From contig NIVC01001751.1 in the NCBI GenBank assembly GCA_002269645.1, positions 1-64,000 of the forward strand: a stretch of DNA of 64,000 nt. The letters run 5' to 3'. Source of the stretch: Macrostomum lignano (taxonomy: Eukaryota). This document shows positions 63,940 through 64,000 of this stretch, in pieces (positions within the stretch are counted from its first letter, which is position 1; each line of letters begins with the position of its first letter). The notes below the pieces were generated by a model. It was not told the origin of the DNA, did not search any database, and worked only from the letters and a program-made list of their open reading frames with translations. Made by a program: the position numbers and the translations under genes.

Positions 63940-64000
63940 TCAGGTTGCTAGGATAGAAATACCGGTTGCTAGAATGCAAATACCGGTTGCTAGAATGGAA
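63940..64000. repeat. Start of a 21-bp minisatellite (ACCGGTTGCTAGAATGCAAAT) in a DPAGT1 intron
   Basis: About three copies before the window edge. Confidence 0.7.

Overview
Eukaryotic (animal) genomic DNA with GC-rich exons and AT-rich introns full of repeats. Overall style (a private minisatellite in most introns, a USP-fold gene, a CORE-type SINE, TTAGGG tracts) suggests an invertebrate such as a Macrostomum-like flatworm; this is inference only. Six protein-coding genes can be rebuilt by hand from GT-AG junctions. (1) 5' part of DDX46/Prp5 (- strand; first coding exon tandemly duplicated; three single-base frameshifts; continues past the left edge). (2) Complete CTDSP/SCP-family CTD phosphatase (-, 5 exons). 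(3) Divergent universal stress protein (USP)-fold gene (+, 2 coding exons). (4) Complete TBCCD1 (-, 5 exons). (5) Complete ENTPD4/7-type Golgi apyrase (-, 6 exons). (6) Last exon of DPAGT1 (-). The most striking structure is a ~21.2 kb head-to-tail concatemer (29816-51063, - strand) of ten non-autonomous Helitron-like units: nine family B plus one family A. It has A|TC and CTTG|T outer ends and starts about 65 nt downstream of the ENTPD stop codon. Each B unit carries a TTAGGG tract and C/EBP-type palindromes. Also present: a solo family A Helitron in DDX46 intron 1, two tRNA-derived SINE families, a MITE, a foldback element and a possible solo LTR. Most long ORFs in the supplied track are artefacts of tandem repeats. 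No rRNA, bona fide tRNA or CRISPR array was found.
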